From Peptostreptococcaceae bacterium (GTDB lineage: Bacteria > Bacillota > Clostridia > Peptostreptococcales > Peptostreptococcaceae), in the NCBI GenBank assembly GCA_044426235.1, contig JAWXUS010000006.1, positions 9,309-73,308 of the forward strand: a stretch of DNA of 64,000 nucleotides. The letters are read 5' to 3'. A model generated the notes under the pieces. That model searched no databases. It was not told the DNA's origin and saw only the letters and a list, made by a program, of their open reading frames with translations. Positions 54,042 to 64,000 of this stretch are shown here, in pieces. Position numbers and translations under genes: made by a program. Each line of letters opens with the position of its first letter. Position 1 is the stretch's first letter.

Positions 54042-54551
54042 ATGTTACGTCGTAAACCGATAGACTCAAGACAACTTGATCTTAAGGAAAAAGTTGTTGA
54101 AGTAAGACGTGTTACTAAAGTTGTAAAAGGTGGTAGAAACTTCAGATTTTCTGCTTTAGTAGTTGTTGGAGATGAAAACGGACACGTTGGTGTAGGTACT
54201 GGTAAAGCTATGGAAGTGCCAGATGCTATCAAAAAAGCTATAGAAGATGCTAAAAAGAATCTTATAGTAGTACCAATAGTTGGTACAACTGTTCCTCACA
54301 AAGTTAACGGACACTTTGGTGCTGGAAAAATATTAATAATGCCTGCTCAAGAAGGTACAGGAGTTATAGCTGGGGGACCTGCTAGAGCTGTACTAGAATT
54401 AGCTGGATTAACAGATGTTAGAGCTAAATCTTTAGGATCTAACAACCCAAGAAACATGGTAAATGCTACAATAGAAGGTCTTAACTCTCTAAAAACAGCT
54501 GAATCGATAGCTAAACTTAGAGGTAAAAAAGTTGAAGAACTTTTAGGCTAA
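54042..54551 (+). CDS. rpsE: 30S ribosomal protein S5
   Basis: [21 protein letters not shown]. The track ATG 54036 is only 2 nt from the AAGGAGGG RBS. The in-frame ATG 54042 has better spacing. Confidence 0.95.
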   Translation: MLRRKPIDSRQLDLKEKVVEVRRVTKVVKGGRNFRFSALVVVGDENGHVGVGTGKAMEVPDAIKKAIEDAKKNLIVVPIVGTTVPHKVNGHFGAGKILIMPAQEGTGVIAGGPARAVLELAGLTDVRAKSLGSNNPRNMVNATIEGLNSLKTAESIAKLRGKKVEELLG

Positions 54552-54564
54552 GGAGGAGTAAAAA

Positions 54565-54750
54565 ATGGCTAAATTACAAATCAAATTAGTTAGAAGTACA
54601 ATAGGTACTACTCCTAACCAAAGAAAAAACGTTGAAGCGTTAGGATTAAGAAAAAGAGAACAAGTTGTTGTTAAAGAAGATAATGCCCAAATGAGAGGTA
54701 TGATCAATAAAGTTAGGCATTTAGTACAAGTTACTGAAATAGCTGAATAA
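54565..54750 (+). CDS. rpmD: 50S ribosomal protein L30
   Basis: [28 protein letters not shown]. Confidence 0.96.
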   Translation: MAKLQIKLVRSTIGTTPNQRKNVEALGLRKREQVVVKEDNAQMRGMINKVRHLVQVTEIAE

Positions 54751-54790
54751 TTATTTTCAAAAGTACTAATAAGAGGAGGTGCTAAAATCC

Positions 54791-55234
54791 ATGAAATTAC
54801 ATGAGTTAAAACCTGCTAAAGGTGCAGTAAAAGCTAAGAGAAGATTAGGTAGAGGTACTGCAACTGGTCAAGGTAAAACTGCAGGACGTGGACAAAAGGG
54901 ACAATGGTCTCGTTCAGGTGGTGGAGTTAGAGTTGGATTCGAGGGTGGACAAATGCCACTTGCGAGAAGACTTCCTAAGAGAGGTTTCACAAATCCAAAC
55001 AAGAAAATATTCACAGAAGTTAATGTTGAATTATTAAATAGATTCGATAATGGAACAGAAATAACTGCTGAATTCTTAAAGTCTGTTGGTGCTATCAGTA
55101 AGATAGAGAAAAACGGAGTTAAGATATTAGGTGAAGGTAATTTAGAAAAATCTTTAACTATAAAGGTTGCTAAATTAACTGCTTCTGCTCAAGAAAAAAT
55201 AGAAAAAGCTGGAGGGAAAGTAGAATTAGTTTAA
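54791..55234 (+). CDS. rplO: 50S ribosomal protein L15
   Basis: [12 protein letters not shown] ... GRGQKGQ. ATG 54791 follows GAGGAGGTG. Confidence 0.96.
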   Translation: MKLHELKPAKGAVKAKRRLGRGTATGQGKTAGRGQKGQWSRSGGGVRVGFEGGQMPLARRLPKRGFTNPNKKIFTEVNVELLNRFDNGTEITAEFLKSVGAISKIEKNGVKILGEGNLEKSLTIKVAKLTASAQEKIEKAGGKVELV

Positions 55235-55273
55235 TCTACTTAAACTCTTAGTCAATGAGGTGGGTGAGTTAAC

Positions 55274-56545
55274 TTGCTATCACAATTAAAACAGGCATGG
55301 AAAATTAAAGGTGTAAGATCTAAGATATTATATACTTTAATGATGATAACTGTATTTAGGATAGGTGCTACGATCCCAGTTCCAGGAGTTGACTCAGATG
55401 TTATAAAGGGCATGGTAGGCGATAATAGTCTCCTGTCTTTATATAACATGTTAACTGGTGGTGCATTTAGTAACTTTACTTTATTCGCCCTAGGAATAGG
55501 ACCAGCAATAACGGCATCTATAATAATACAACTTCTTACAATTGGTTTTGAGAGTTTGGAAGAACTTCAAAAATCAGGTGAAGAAGGTAAGAAAAAAATT
55601 AATAAATATACTAAATATACTGCATTAGCACTTGCATTTTTACAAGCGACGGCTATTACACTTGGAATAGTTAGAGGAGCTTTAACAGAACCTGATAATG
55701 TATTTTTTATAATAACTGTTATAATGACACTAGTTGGGGCGAGTATGTTTTTAATGTGGATAGGAGATAAAATTACCGAAAAAGGTTTAGGTAATGGAAG
55801 TTCTATCATTATATTTATAGGGATAATTTCAACTGTACCAAATGATATTATAAACATTGTGGCTATGATTCAAGAGGGAACTTTAAATATTAGTTTAGCA
55901 GTTTTACTTGCAGTAATTATACTTTTAACTATTGCGGCTGTAACTTATATTCAAGAAGCAGTTAGAAAAATACCTGTACAGTATGCAAAAAGGGTTGTAG
56001 GAAGAAAAATGTATGGGGGACAAAGTTCTCATATACCAATGAAGGTAAATCAATCAGGTGTAATGCCTGTTATATTTGCAAGTTCGCTTTTAGCATTCCC
56101 GCAAACTGTAGCTATGTTTATTGGAGCAGATGCTCAAGCATTTGTTCAAACTTATTTAAGTCCTATGGAAACTCCAGGGGTCTTTATATATAGAACTCTT
56201 GAAATTTTCTTAATAGTATTTTTCGCTTATTTCTATACAACAGTATCATTTAATACTGAAGATATAGCTAATAATATGAAAAATAATGGCGGATTTGTGC
56301 CAGGTATTAGACCAGGTCAGCCGACTATTGACTATTTAAATAGAATATTATCAAGATTAACTTTAGCTGGAGCACTTTTCTTAGCATGTATAGTAATGGT
56401 TTCTGCAATCAGTACTTACTTTATGGAAATACAAGTGTCACTTGCTGGAACATCAATTATAATAGTAGTTGGAGTTGCATTAGAGCTTAAAAAACAGTTA
56501 GAATCAAATTTAGTTATGAGAACATATCAAGGTTTCTTAAAATAA
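55274..56545 (+). CDS. secY: preprotein translocase subunit SecY
   Basis: Ten TM segments and motifs FRIGATIPVPG and GIGPAITASIIIQLL. TTG start. Confidence 0.97.
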   Translation: MLSQLKQAWKIKGVRSKILYTLMMITVFRIGATIPVPGVDSDVIKGMVGDNSLLSLYNMLTGGAFSNFTLFALGIGPAITASIIIQLLTIGFESLEELQKSGEEGKKKINKYTKYTALALAFLQATAITLGIVRGALTEPDNVFFIITVIMTLVGASMFLMWIGDKITEKGLGNGSSIIIFIGIISTVPNDIINIVAMIQEGTLNISLAVLLAVIILLTIAAVTYIQEAVRKIPVQYAKRVVGRKMYGGQSSHIPMKVNQSGVMPVIFASSLLAFPQTVAMFIGADAQAFVQTYLSPMETPGVFIYRTLEIFLIVFFAYFYTTVSFNTEDIANNMKNNGGFVPGIRPGQPTIDYLNRILSRLTLAGALFLACIVMVSAISTYFMEIQVSLAGTSIIIVVGVALELKKQLESNLVMRTYQGFLK

Positions 56546-56560
56546 ATTGGAGATGATTAT

Positions 56561-57211
56561 ATGAGAATAATATTACTTGGACCTCCTGGTGCTGGTAAAG
56601 GTACTCAAGCAGCAGGTATAGTTGAAAAATACGATATACCTCATATATCAACAGGAGATATATTCAGAAAGAATATAAAAGAGAAAACAGATCTTGGAAA
56701 GAAAGCTAAGGAGTATATAGATCAAGGACTTTTAGTCCCAGATGAATTAACTGTAGGTTTAGTTACAGACAGAATTTCTGAAAAGGACTGTGAGAAAGGA
56801 TTTATGTTAGATGGATTCCCAAGGAATGTTTCACAAGCTACACACTTAGATGCGTTTTTAACTAAGACTAATATAACTTTAGATAAAGTAGTTAATATTG
56901 AAGTTGATAAAAATATATTAGTTGAAAGAGCTGTAGGAAGAAGAATTTGTAAATCTTGCGGTGCTACGTATCATATTGATTTTAATCCTTCTAAAGTAGA
57001 TGAAAAATGTGATGTTTGTCCTAGCGATTTATATCAAAGAGCAGACGATACAGAAGAGACCGTATCAAAAAGAATTCAAGTTTATTTAGATGAAACAAGA
57101 CCATTAGTTGATTATTATTCTAATCAAGGTATAATAGCTAACATAAATGGGCAACAATCTATAGATGTGGTTCTTAAAGATGTAGTTACTGCTTTAGGAA
57201 GTGAAAAATAA
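56561..57211 (+). CDS. adk: adenylate kinase (zinc-lid type)
   Basis: [11 protein letters not shown]-loop. Lid CKSCGATYH ... CDVCPSDL. Confidence 0.97.
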   Translation: MRIILLGPPGAGKGTQAAGIVEKYDIPHISTGDIFRKNIKEKTDLGKKAKEYIDQGLLVPDELTVGLVTDRISEKDCEKGFMLDGFPRNVSQATHLDAFLTKTNITLDKVVNIEVDKNILVERAVGRRICKSCGATYHIDFNPSKVDEKCDVCPSDLYQRADDTEETVSKRIQVYLDETRPLVDYYSNQGIIANINGQQSIDVVLKDVVTALGSEK

Positions 57212-57960
57212 TGATTATTTTAAAATCAAATAAAGAGATAGAACTTATGAGAGAGGCAGGAAAAATTGTTGCTGAAACTCATGAAATATTAAAATCAGCT
57301 ATTATTCCGGGAATATCTACTTTAGAGTTAGATAAAATAGCTGAAGATAATATTAGAAAATACAATGCTATACCTTCTTTTAAGGGATATGGAGGATTTC
57401 CAGGAAGTATTTGTGCATCAGTTAATGAGGCTGTAGTTCATGGAATTCCAAATAATAAGTATTTACTTAATGAAGGAGATATTGTAAGCTTAGATATAGG
57501 AGCCTATTATAAAGGATATCATGGTGATTCAGCAAGAACTCATGGAGTTGGTTTGATATCTGAAGAAGATAGGAACTTAATAGAAGTAACTCAAGAAAGC
57601 TTCTATGAAGGAATAAAATTTGCAAGAGAAGGATATAGATTATCAGATATTTCTCATGCAATCCAAGCACACGTTGAAAAACATGGTTATTCAGTAGTTA
57701 GAGACCTTGTAGGTCATGGAATTGGAGTTGATCTTCATGAAGATCCTCAAATACCAAACTATGGAAAGCCAGGTAAAGGTCCAAGACTTCAAGAAGGTAT
57801 GGTTTTAGCTATTGAGCCGATGGTTAACATGGGTAAATATGGTGTTAAAACTTTAGCTGATGATTGGACAATAGTTACTTTAGATGGTAAAAAATCAGCT
57901 CATTACGAGCATACGATAGCTATTACTAAAGAAGAACCAATTATATTAACTAAATTATAA
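57211..57960 (+). CDS. map: type I methionine aminopeptidase
   Basis: Metal ligands in [25 protein letters not shown] and EHT. Confidence 0.96.
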   Translation: MIILKSNKEIELMREAGKIVAETHEILKSAIIPGISTLELDKIAEDNIRKYNAIPSFKGYGGFPGSICASVNEAVVHGIPNNKYLLNEGDIVSLDIGAYYKGYHGDSARTHGVGLISEEDRNLIEVTQESFYEGIKFAREGYRLSDISHAIQAHVEKHGYSVVRDLVGHGIGVDLHEDPQIPNYGKPGKGPRLQEGMVLAIEPMVNMGKYGVKTLADDWTIVTLDGKKSAHYEHTIAITKEEPIILTKL

Positions 57961-58018
57961 TTGATTAAGCTATCAAGTTAAATCCTTTGATTTAGCGAAT
58001 TGAAATGGAGGTTATTTA

Positions 58019-58237
58019 ATGGCCAAAAAAGATGTTATAGAATTAGAAGGTAAAGTTTCAGAAGCTCTACCTAATGCTACATTCAAAGTAAAATTAGATA
58101 ATGGGCATGAGGTTTTATGTCACATATCTGGAAAGCTAAGAATGAACTTCATAAAAATTCTTGAAGGAGATAAAGTGAATGTTGAACTTTCGCCTTATGA
58201 TCTAACAAGAGGAAGAATCACTTGGCGTAAGAAGTAG
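58019..58237 (+). CDS. infA: translation initiation factor IF-1
   Basis: [13 protein letters not shown] ... [16 protein letters not shown]. Confidence 0.97.
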   Translation: MAKKDVIELEGKVSEALPNATFKVKLDNGHEVLCHISGKLRMNFIKILEGDKVNVELSPYDLTRGRITWRKK

Positions 58238-58253
58238 ACTACATTTAGTCTAA

Positions 58254-58379
<126 letters not shown>

Positions 58380-58500
58380 TAATTTATACTATTAATTTAT
58401 TAAAAAAAGTAGTATAATATAAGATTGTTAACACTAGAACCATATTTTATTTATATGATACTAAGATTTAACACTAAATTAAGTGTAGGAGGTGCGAATA

Positions 58501-58872
58501 ATGGCAAGAATATCTGGAGTAGATTTACCTAGAGAAAAAAGATCAGAAATAGCTTTAACTTATATATATGGTATAGGAAGAGCAACTTCTAATGAAATAT
58601 TAGCTAAAGCTGGTATAAACCCTGACATAAGAATAAAAGACTTATCTGAAGATCAAGTAAATGAATTAAGAAAGATAATAGATACTGATTTCTTAGTTGA
58701 AGGTGATTTAAGAAGAGAAATATCTTTAAATATAAAGAGATTAAGAGATATCAAATGTTACAGAGGTATAAGACATGCTAAAGGACTTCCGTTAAGAGGT
58801 CAAAGAACTAAGACTAACGCTAGAACTAGAAAAGGTCCTAGAAAAACTGTATCTCGTAAGAAGAAGAAATAA
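58501..58872 (+). CDS. rpsM: 30S ribosomal protein S13
   Basis: [17 protein letters not shown] 58501 follows GGAGGTG. Confidence 0.97.
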   Translation: MARISGVDLPREKRSEIALTYIYGIGRATSNEILAKAGINPDIRIKDLSEDQVNELRKIIDTDFLVEGDLRREISLNIKRLRDIKCYRGIRHAKGLPLRGQRTKTNARTRKGPRKTVSRKKKK

Positions 58873-58894
58873 TAACTAGATAGGAGGGAAAACA

Positions 58895-59293
58895 ATGGCT
58901 AAACCAAAAAAGAAAGTTACTCGTGTAAAAAGAAGAGAGCGTAAGAACATAGAGCGTGGTCAAGCGCATATACAATCAACTTTTAACAATACTATAATAA
59001 CTTTAACTGATGTTCATGGAAATGCTATATCAGCTGCAAGTTCAGGACAATTAGGATTTAAAGGTTCAAGAAAAGCAACTCCATTTGCATCTCAAATGGC
59101 TGCAGAAATGGCTGCAAAAGCTGCTATGGAACACGGTCTTAAGACTGTTGAAGTATTCGTAAAAGGTCCAGGTTCTGGAAGAGAAGCTGCGATAAGAGCT
59201 TTACAAGCTACAGGTCTAGAAGTAACTATGATAAAGGATGTTACTCCAATTCCTCACAACGGATGTAGACCACCAAAGAGAAGAAGAGTGTAA
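58895..59293 (+). CDS. rpsK: 30S ribosomal protein S11
   Basis: [16 protein letters not shown] ... [13 protein letters not shown]. Confidence 0.97.
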   Translation: MAKPKKKVTRVKRRERKNIERGQAHIQSTFNNTIITLTDVHGNAISAASSGQLGFKGSRKATPFASQMAAEMAAKAAMEHGLKTVEVFVKGPGSGREAAIRALQATGLEVTMIKDVTPIPHNGCRPPKRRRV

Positions 59294-59325
59294 TTAGAGA
59301 AATAATTTTTAGGAGGAAATAGCTA

Positions 59326-59919
59326 ATGGCAGTAAATAGAGTTCCAGTGCTAAAAAGATGTAGATCGCTTGATATGGATCCGATCTATTTAGGAATCAAT
59401 AAAAAGTCAAATAGACAACCAAAATCATCACATAAAAAAATGAGCGAATATGGTCTTCAATTACGTGAAAAGCAAAAAGCTAAATTTATATATGGTGTAT
59501 TAGAAAAACCTTTCAGAAACTACTATGAAAAAGCTGACAAGATGGATGGAATGACAGGTACTAACCTTTTAATTCTTTTAGAATCAAGATTAGATAACAT
59601 AGTATTCCGTATGGGTCTTGCTAGAACTAGAAGAGAATCAAGACAAATAGTTTCTCATGATCAACTTTTAGTTAATGGTAAAAGAGTTAATATAGCATCT
59701 TACTTAGTTAAGCCAGGAGATGTTATAGAAGTTAAAGAAAAGCACAAAACTTCTCCAAGATACAAAGAAGTTGTAGAAGTTACTAGTGGACGTATCGTTC
59801 CTGAGTGGATAGATGCAGACATGGCAAATTTAAAAGCAACTATAAAAGAACTTCCAAAAAGAGACGCTATAGACATACCTGTTAACGAAGTTTTAATTGT
59901 TGAATTATATTCTAAATAG
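59326..59919 (+). CDS. rpsD: 30S ribosomal protein S4
   Basis: S4 N-terminal domain and the [25 protein letters not shown]4 RNA-binding motif. Confidence 0.96.
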   Translation: MAVNRVPVLKRCRSLDMDPIYLGINKKSNRQPKSSHKKMSEYGLQLREKQKAKFIYGVLEKPFRNYYEKADKMDGMTGTNLLILLESRLDNIVFRMGLARTRRESRQIVSHDQLLVNGKRVNIASYLVKPGDVIEVKEKHKTSPRYKEVVEVTSGRIVPEWIDADMANLKATIKELPKRDAIDIPVNEVLIVELYSK

Positions 59920-59963
59920 TAACTAGTAACCTAGCGACTACTCACGGCAGGAGGTGCTTTGTA

Positions 59964-60911
59964 GTGTTTGATTTCAACAAACCAAATATTGAAATAACTG
60001 AAATTTCAGAGGATAAAAGATATGGAAGATTTGTACTTGAACCATTAGAAAGAGGCTATGGTACAACGTTAGGAAACTCTCTTAGAAGAGTTATGCTTTC
60101 TTCATTACCAGGAGTGGCTGTAAATGCTATAAGAATCGATGGTGTATTACATGAATTTTCGACTATCCCAGGTGTTAAAGAAGATGTAACTGAAATAATA
60201 TTGTCATTAAAAGAATTATCTGCAACTATTGATGGTGAAGGTGATAGAACTCTTAAAATAGAGGCTCAAGGACCTTGTACTATTAAAGGATCAGATATTA
60301 TATGTCCTCCAGATGTTGAAATATTAAGTGAAGATTTACATATAGCAACGCTAAGTGAAAATTCGAAACTTAACATGGAAATATATATAACTACTGGAAG
60401 AGGATATGTATCTGCAGAAGATAATAAAACTAGTAGCATGCCAATAGGAGTTTTAGCAGTAGATTCTATATATACACCTATTGAAAAAGTAAGCTATTAT
60501 GTAGAACCAACAAGAGTGGGTCAAAAGTCAGATTATGAAAAATTAGTACTAGAAGTTTGGACTAATGGAAGCATAAATCCTCAAAAGGGAATATCTCTTG
60601 CATCTAAAGTTTTAGTTGAACATTTATCATTATTTATAGATTTAACTGAACATGTTAATAACATTGAAGTTATGGTAGAAAAAGAAGAAGACCAAAAAGA
60701 AAAAGTCCTTGAAATGTCAATCGATGAATTAGATTTATCTGTTAGATCTTATAACTGTTTAAAAAGAGCGGGAATTAATACAGTTGAAGAATTAGCTAAT
60801 AAATCTGAAGATGATATGATGAAAGTTAGAAACTTAGGAAAGAAATCTTTAGAAGAAGTAATCCAAAAGTTAGAAGAACTTGGACTTGGACTTAAACCAG
60901 GCGAAGAATAA
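59964..60911 (+). CDS. rpoA: DNA-directed RNA polymerase subunit alpha
   Basis: [20 protein letters not shown] and the C-terminal domain [22 protein letters not shown] start. Confidence 0.97.
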   Translation: MFDFNKPNIEITEISEDKRYGRFVLEPLERGYGTTLGNSLRRVMLSSLPGVAVNAIRIDGVLHEFSTIPGVKEDVTEIILSLKELSATIDGEGDRTLKIEAQGPCTIKGSDIICPPDVEILSEDLHIATLSENSKLNMEIYITTGRGYVSAEDNKTSSMPIGVLAVDSIYTPIEKVSYYVEPTRVGQKSDYEKLVLEVWTNGSINPQKGISLASKVLVEHLSLFIDLTEHVNNIEVMVEKEEDQKEKVLEMSIDELDLSVRSYNCLKRAGINTVEELANKSEDDMMKVRNLGKKSLEEVIQKLEELGLGLKPGEE

Positions 60912-60932
60912 AAGAGAAGGAGGTATAGTACT

Positions 60933-61274
60933 ATGGCTAATTACCGTAAATTAGGACGTGAGACTTCTCACAGAAACCTTATGTTAAGAAACTTAGTAAC
61001 TGATTTACTAAGAAACGGAAGAATAGAAACTACTGTTACTAGAGCAAAAGAAACTCGTAGAATGGCAGAAAAAATGATAACTCTTGGTAAAAGAGGAGAT
61101 TTACATGCTAGAAGACAAGCTTTAGCTTACATCATAGATGAAACAGTTGTTAGCAACTTATTCACAGAAATAGCTCCAAAGTATGCAGAGAGAAATGGTG
61201 GATACACTAGAATAATCAAAAAAGGTCCTAGAAGAGGGGACGCTGCTGAAATGGCATTCATAGAATTAGTATAA
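60933..61274 (+). CDS. rplQ: 50S ribosomal protein L17
   Basis: [18 protein letters not shown]. Confidence 0.97.
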   Translation: MANYRKLGRETSHRNLMLRNLVTDLLRNGRIETTVTRAKETRRMAEKMITLGKRGDLHARRQALAYIIDETVVSNLFTEIAPKYAERNGGYTRIIKKGPRRGDAAEMAFIELV

Positions 61275-61280
61275 TTCATT

Positions 61281-61311
61281 AAAGGATTAAGTTTTTACTT
61301 AATCCTTTTTT
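61281..61311 (+). terminator. intrinsic terminator of the alpha operon
   Basis: 12-bp stem AAAGGATTAAGT / ACTTAATCCTTT, T4 loop, T run. Confidence 0.8.
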
Positions 61312-61332
61312 ATATACTTTTGTTTGAATAGT

Positions 61333-61378
61333 AAAAAACTAAAATAATTAAATAATAATTTAATTATTTTAGTTTTTT
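61333..61378. repeat. perfect 21-bp-arm AT-rich palindrome (hairpin)
   Basis: AAAAAACTAAAATAATTAAAT, a 4-nt loop, then ATTTAATTATTTTAGTTTTTT. Every arm position pairs, and only one pair is G-C. Confidence 0.8.
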
Positions 61379-61454
61379 ATTTATTCTAGAATATAAACAC
61401 TTTTATATAAATATGTTAAAATAGAAAATATTAAATTAATGGAAAGGATTTTTT

Positions 61455-62291
61455 ATGAATAATATTATAAAAGTTGATGGTTTATCATTTGAATATATAT
61501 CAGATGAAGAAACTACAAAAGCTATAAATGATTTAAGTTTTAATATTAAAGAGGGTGAATTTGTAGCTATTATAGGTCATAATGGTTGTGGGAAATCTAC
61601 TTTATCAAAAAACTTAAATGCAATACTTACTCCAACTAGTGGAGATATAATTATAGATGGGTTTAATACTAAAAATGAAGAAAATTTATGGGATATTAGA
61701 CAAAGAGCTGGAATGGTTTTTCAAAATCCAGATAATCAAATAGTAGCAACTATTGTTGAAGAAGATGTTGCTTTTGGTCCTGAAAATTTAGGTATTGATC
61801 CATTAGAGATTAGAAGAATAGTTGATGAGTCTTTAAAATGTGTTGGAATGTATGAATTTAAGGATAAACAACCACATATGCTATCTGGAGGTCAAAAACA
61901 AAGAGTTGCAATAGCAGGAGTTATTTCTATGAAGCCTAAGTGTATAATTTTTGATGAGGCAACTGCTATGCTTGATCCAAATGGTAGACAAGAGGTTATG
62001 AAAACTATAAAAAGACTTAATAAAGAGGAAAATATAACTGTTATTCATATAACTCATTTTATGGAAGAGGCTGTTGATTGTGATAGAATAATAGTTATTG
62101 AAAAAGGAGAAAAAATCTTAGAGGGTACTCCAAGAGAAGTTTTTTCGCACATAGATATTTTAAAAAGTATAGGACTAGATGTTCCATATATGGTTGAGTT
62201 ATCTAATTTATTGAATAATGAGGGTGTGAAGATAGAAAATAATATATTAACTGTAGATGAGATGGTGGATAAATTATGTCAATTAGTATAA
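61455..62291 (+). CDS. ecfA1: ECF transporter ATPase subunit EcfA1
   Basis: Walker [10 protein letters not shown], signature LSGGQKQR, Walker [12 protein letters not shown]. Conserved position after rplQ. Confidence 0.9.
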   Translation: MNNIIKVDGLSFEYISDEETTKAINDLSFNIKEGEFVAIIGHNGCGKSTLSKNLNAILTPTSGDIIIDGFNTKNEENLWDIRQRAGMVFQNPDNQIVATIVEEDVAFGPENLGIDPLEIRRIVDESLKCVGMYEFKDKQPHMLSGGQKQRVAIAGVISMKPKCIIFDEATAMLDPNGRQEVMKTIKRLNKEENITVIHITHFMEEAVDCDRIIVIEKGEKILEGTPREVFSHIDILKSIGLDVPYMVELSNLLNNEGVKIENNILTVDEMVDKLCQLV

Positions 62292-63136
62292 AAAATTTAG
62301 TGCATATATATAATGAAGAAATGCCTTTTTCTAGTAAAGCACTTGATGATGTTAGTTTGGAAATTAAAAAAGGTGATTTAGTTGGTCTTATTGGGCATAC
62401 TGGTTCTGGTAAATCAACTTTAATTCAACATTTAAATGGAATATTAAAACCTTCATCAGGACGTATTTTAATAAATGGGTTTGATATTACAGAAAATAAT
62501 ATAAATTTGGTTGATATTAGAAAGAGGGTTGGAGTAGTTTTTCAGTATCCAGAATATCAATTATTTGAAGAAACTATAGAAAAAGACATAGCTTATGGAC
62601 CTAGAAATCTTAATTTAGATGATGATGAAATTAAAAAGAGAGTTATAGAATCGATGGAGTCTGTTGGATTAAGCTATAATGATTTTAAGGATAAATCACC
62701 ATTTGATTTATCAGGTGGACAAAAAAGAAGAGTAGCAATAGCAGGAGTTATAGCTATGAAACCTGAAGTATTGATTTTAGATGAACCAACTGCAGGCCTT
62801 GATCCTAGTGGTAGAGATGAAATATTTAATTTAATAAAAGATTTGCATCAAAAAGATAATATAACTGTAATTTTATCTTCTCATAGTATGGATGATATGG
62901 CTAAATTAGTTAAGACTCTTATAGTTATGAATAATGGTAAAGTTGAGTTTATTGGAACTCCAAAAGAAGTGTTTAATGAGAATGCTATAAGATTAAAAGA
63001 AATTGGTCTTGATGTACCTCAAGTATTAGAATTATGTATTAAGCTTAAAGATAAAGGTTTTGATATTAATAATTGTATAACTATAGATGATGTTAAGGAA
63101 GAAATTTTGAAATTTTTGAGAGGTAGAAAATGTTAA
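62276..63136 (+). CDS. ecfA2: ECF transporter ATPase subunit EcfA2
   Basis: Walker [10 protein letters not shown], signature LSGGQKRR, Walker [12 protein letters not shown]. Overlaps ecfA1 by 16 nt. Confidence 0.9.
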   Translation: MSISIKNLVHIYNEEMPFSSKALDDVSLEIKKGDLVGLIGHTGSGKSTLIQHLNGILKPSSGRILINGFDITENNINLVDIRKRVGVVFQYPEYQLFEETIEKDIAYGPRNLNLDDDEIKKRVIESMESVGLSYNDFKDKSPFDLSGGQKRRVAIAGVIAMKPEVLILDEPTAGLDPSGRDEIFNLIKDLHQKDNITVILSSHSMDDMAKLVKTLIVMNNGKVEFIGTPKEVFNENAIRLKEIGLDVPQVLELCIKLKDKGFDINNCITIDDVKEEILKFLRGRKC

Positions 63137-63930
63137 AAGATATTACAATTGGACAATATTATCCGGCTAAATCGATTATTCATAGTTTAGATGCGAGAGT
63201 AAAACTTATTGCAACGTTTATTTTTATGACATCTATTTTTATAGTTGATAATTTTTCACATTATTTATTAGTGTTAATTTTTTTAGTATCGGTTATTAAA
63301 TCTTCAAATATACCTAGTAAGTTTATATTTAAAGGATTAAAGCCACTTAGATTTATTATCTTATTTACGTTTATCATAAATGTATTTTTTATTCCTGGAG
63401 AAACTATATGGTCGTTTGGATTTTTAAGTGTAACTAAAGAAGGTTTAAGTCAAGCTACTTTTATGTCTGTTAGATTGTTATTTTTAGTTATTGGAACTTC
63501 AATATTAACTCTAACAACGTCACCGATGGATTTAACTGATGGAATAGAAAAACTTTTTGAAAAGTTTAAAAAAATTGGTGTACCTGTTCATGAACTAGCA
63601 ATGATGATGACTATTGCTCTTAGATTTATACCAACTTTACTTGATGAGACTGATAAAATTATGAAGGCACAAATGTCTAGAGGCGCAGATCTTGAAAGTA
63701 AAAATTTAATGGAGAGAGCTAAATCATTAATTCCAATTTTAGTACCACTTTTTATAAATGCATTTAAAAGAGCAGATGAATTATCTGTTGCTATGGAAGC
63801 TAGATGTTATAGAGGTGGATTAAATAGAACTAAAATGAAAATATCTGTTATAACAAAAGAAGATAAGATATCTTTTGGAATATTATTTATTTACTTGGCC
63901 ATAATTTTATTTATGAGGTTTTATATATGA
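63130..63930 (+). CDS. ecfT: ECF transporter transmembrane subunit EcfT
   Basis: CbiQ/EcfT family hydrophobic profile with the conserved ARG motifs ([15 protein letters not shown]). Overlaps ecfA2 by 7 nt. Confidence 0.88.
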   Translation: MLKDITIGQYYPAKSIIHSLDARVKLIATFIFMTSIFIVDNFSHYLLVLIFLVSVIKSSNIPSKFIFKGLKPLRFIILFTFIINVFFIPGETIWSFGFLSVTKEGLSQATFMSVRLLFLVIGTSILTLTTSPMDLTDGIEKLFEKFKKIGVPVHELAMMMTIALRFIPTLLDETDKIMKAQMSRGADLESKNLMERAKSLIPILVPLFINAFKRADELSVAMEARCYRGGLNRTKMKISVITKEDKISFGILFIYLAIILFMRFYI

Positions 63931-64000
63931 GAAATATAAAAATAACTATTCAATATAATGGTAGTGAGTATTGTGGTTGGCAAAGTCAACCTAATTCACT
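63927..64000 (+). CDS. truA: tRNA pseudouridine(38-40) synthase TruA, 5' fragment (continues beyond the window)
   Basis: Hand translation gives [24 protein letters not shown], a typical TruA N-terminus. The ATG overlaps the ecfT stop. The ecfAAT-truA order is conserved. Confidence 0.75.
   Translation, partial: MRNIKITIQYNGSEYCGWQSQPNS

Overview
This window is a core, origin-proximal housekeeping region of a strongly AT-rich Firmicute. It belongs to class Clostridia. EF-Tu, the RpoB/RpoC sequences and the gene order look Peptostreptococcaceae-like to me, but that is inference from memory, not a search. Almost every gene is on the + strand.

Gene content in order:
- 3' end of gdpP, then rplI, the replicative helicase dnaB and purA.
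- A six-gene tRNA operon (Lys-Glu-Gly-Val-Asp-Thr).
- A convergent DnaD-like plus DnaI-like helicase-loader pair on the - strand.
- An M1 peptidase, a YycJ-like MBL hydrolase, rubrerythrin, rlmH, a small orphan ORF and a PhnA/YjdM zinc-ribbon gene (- strand).
- clpC-radA-yacL-ispD-ispF, a MATE exporter, proS, gltX, an SLH+CAP cell-surface protein and cysS.
- mrnC, thyX, rlmB, yacP/rae1 and sigH.
- tuf (copy 1), rpmG-secE-nusG-rplKAJL-rpoBC and rpsL-rpsG-fusA-tuf (copy 2).
- The complete S10-spc-alpha ribosomal cluster through rplQ.
- ecfA1-ecfA2-ecfT and the start of truA.

Two short ribosomal genes missing from the ORF track were found by hand: rpmG (L33) and rpmJ (L36). Many track ORFs begin at in-frame GTG/TTG codons lying inside the Shine-Dalgarno sequence, and I moved those starts to the RBS-supported ATG.

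I see no mobile element, CRISPR array, defence island, toxin-antitoxin pair or other multi-gene accessory system. I cannot honestly claim a novel system here.

The observations most worth a second look:
- A trio of consensus DnaA boxes sits in the non-transcribed gap between two convergent terminators, next to the helicase-loader genes.
- The two tuf copies appear identical at nucleotide level for 1245 bp, including the terminator.
- ClpC has a very short inter-AAA linker and has no ctsR-mcsA-mcsB genes or CtsR box upstream.
- radA abuts yacL with no disA.
- The MATE gene is bracketed by near-identical terminator hairpins.
- An SLH-CAP gene is inserted where cysE sits in Bacillus.
- S3 carries an RRDN-repeat tail encoded by six 12-nt tandem units, and RpoB has a long acidic tail.
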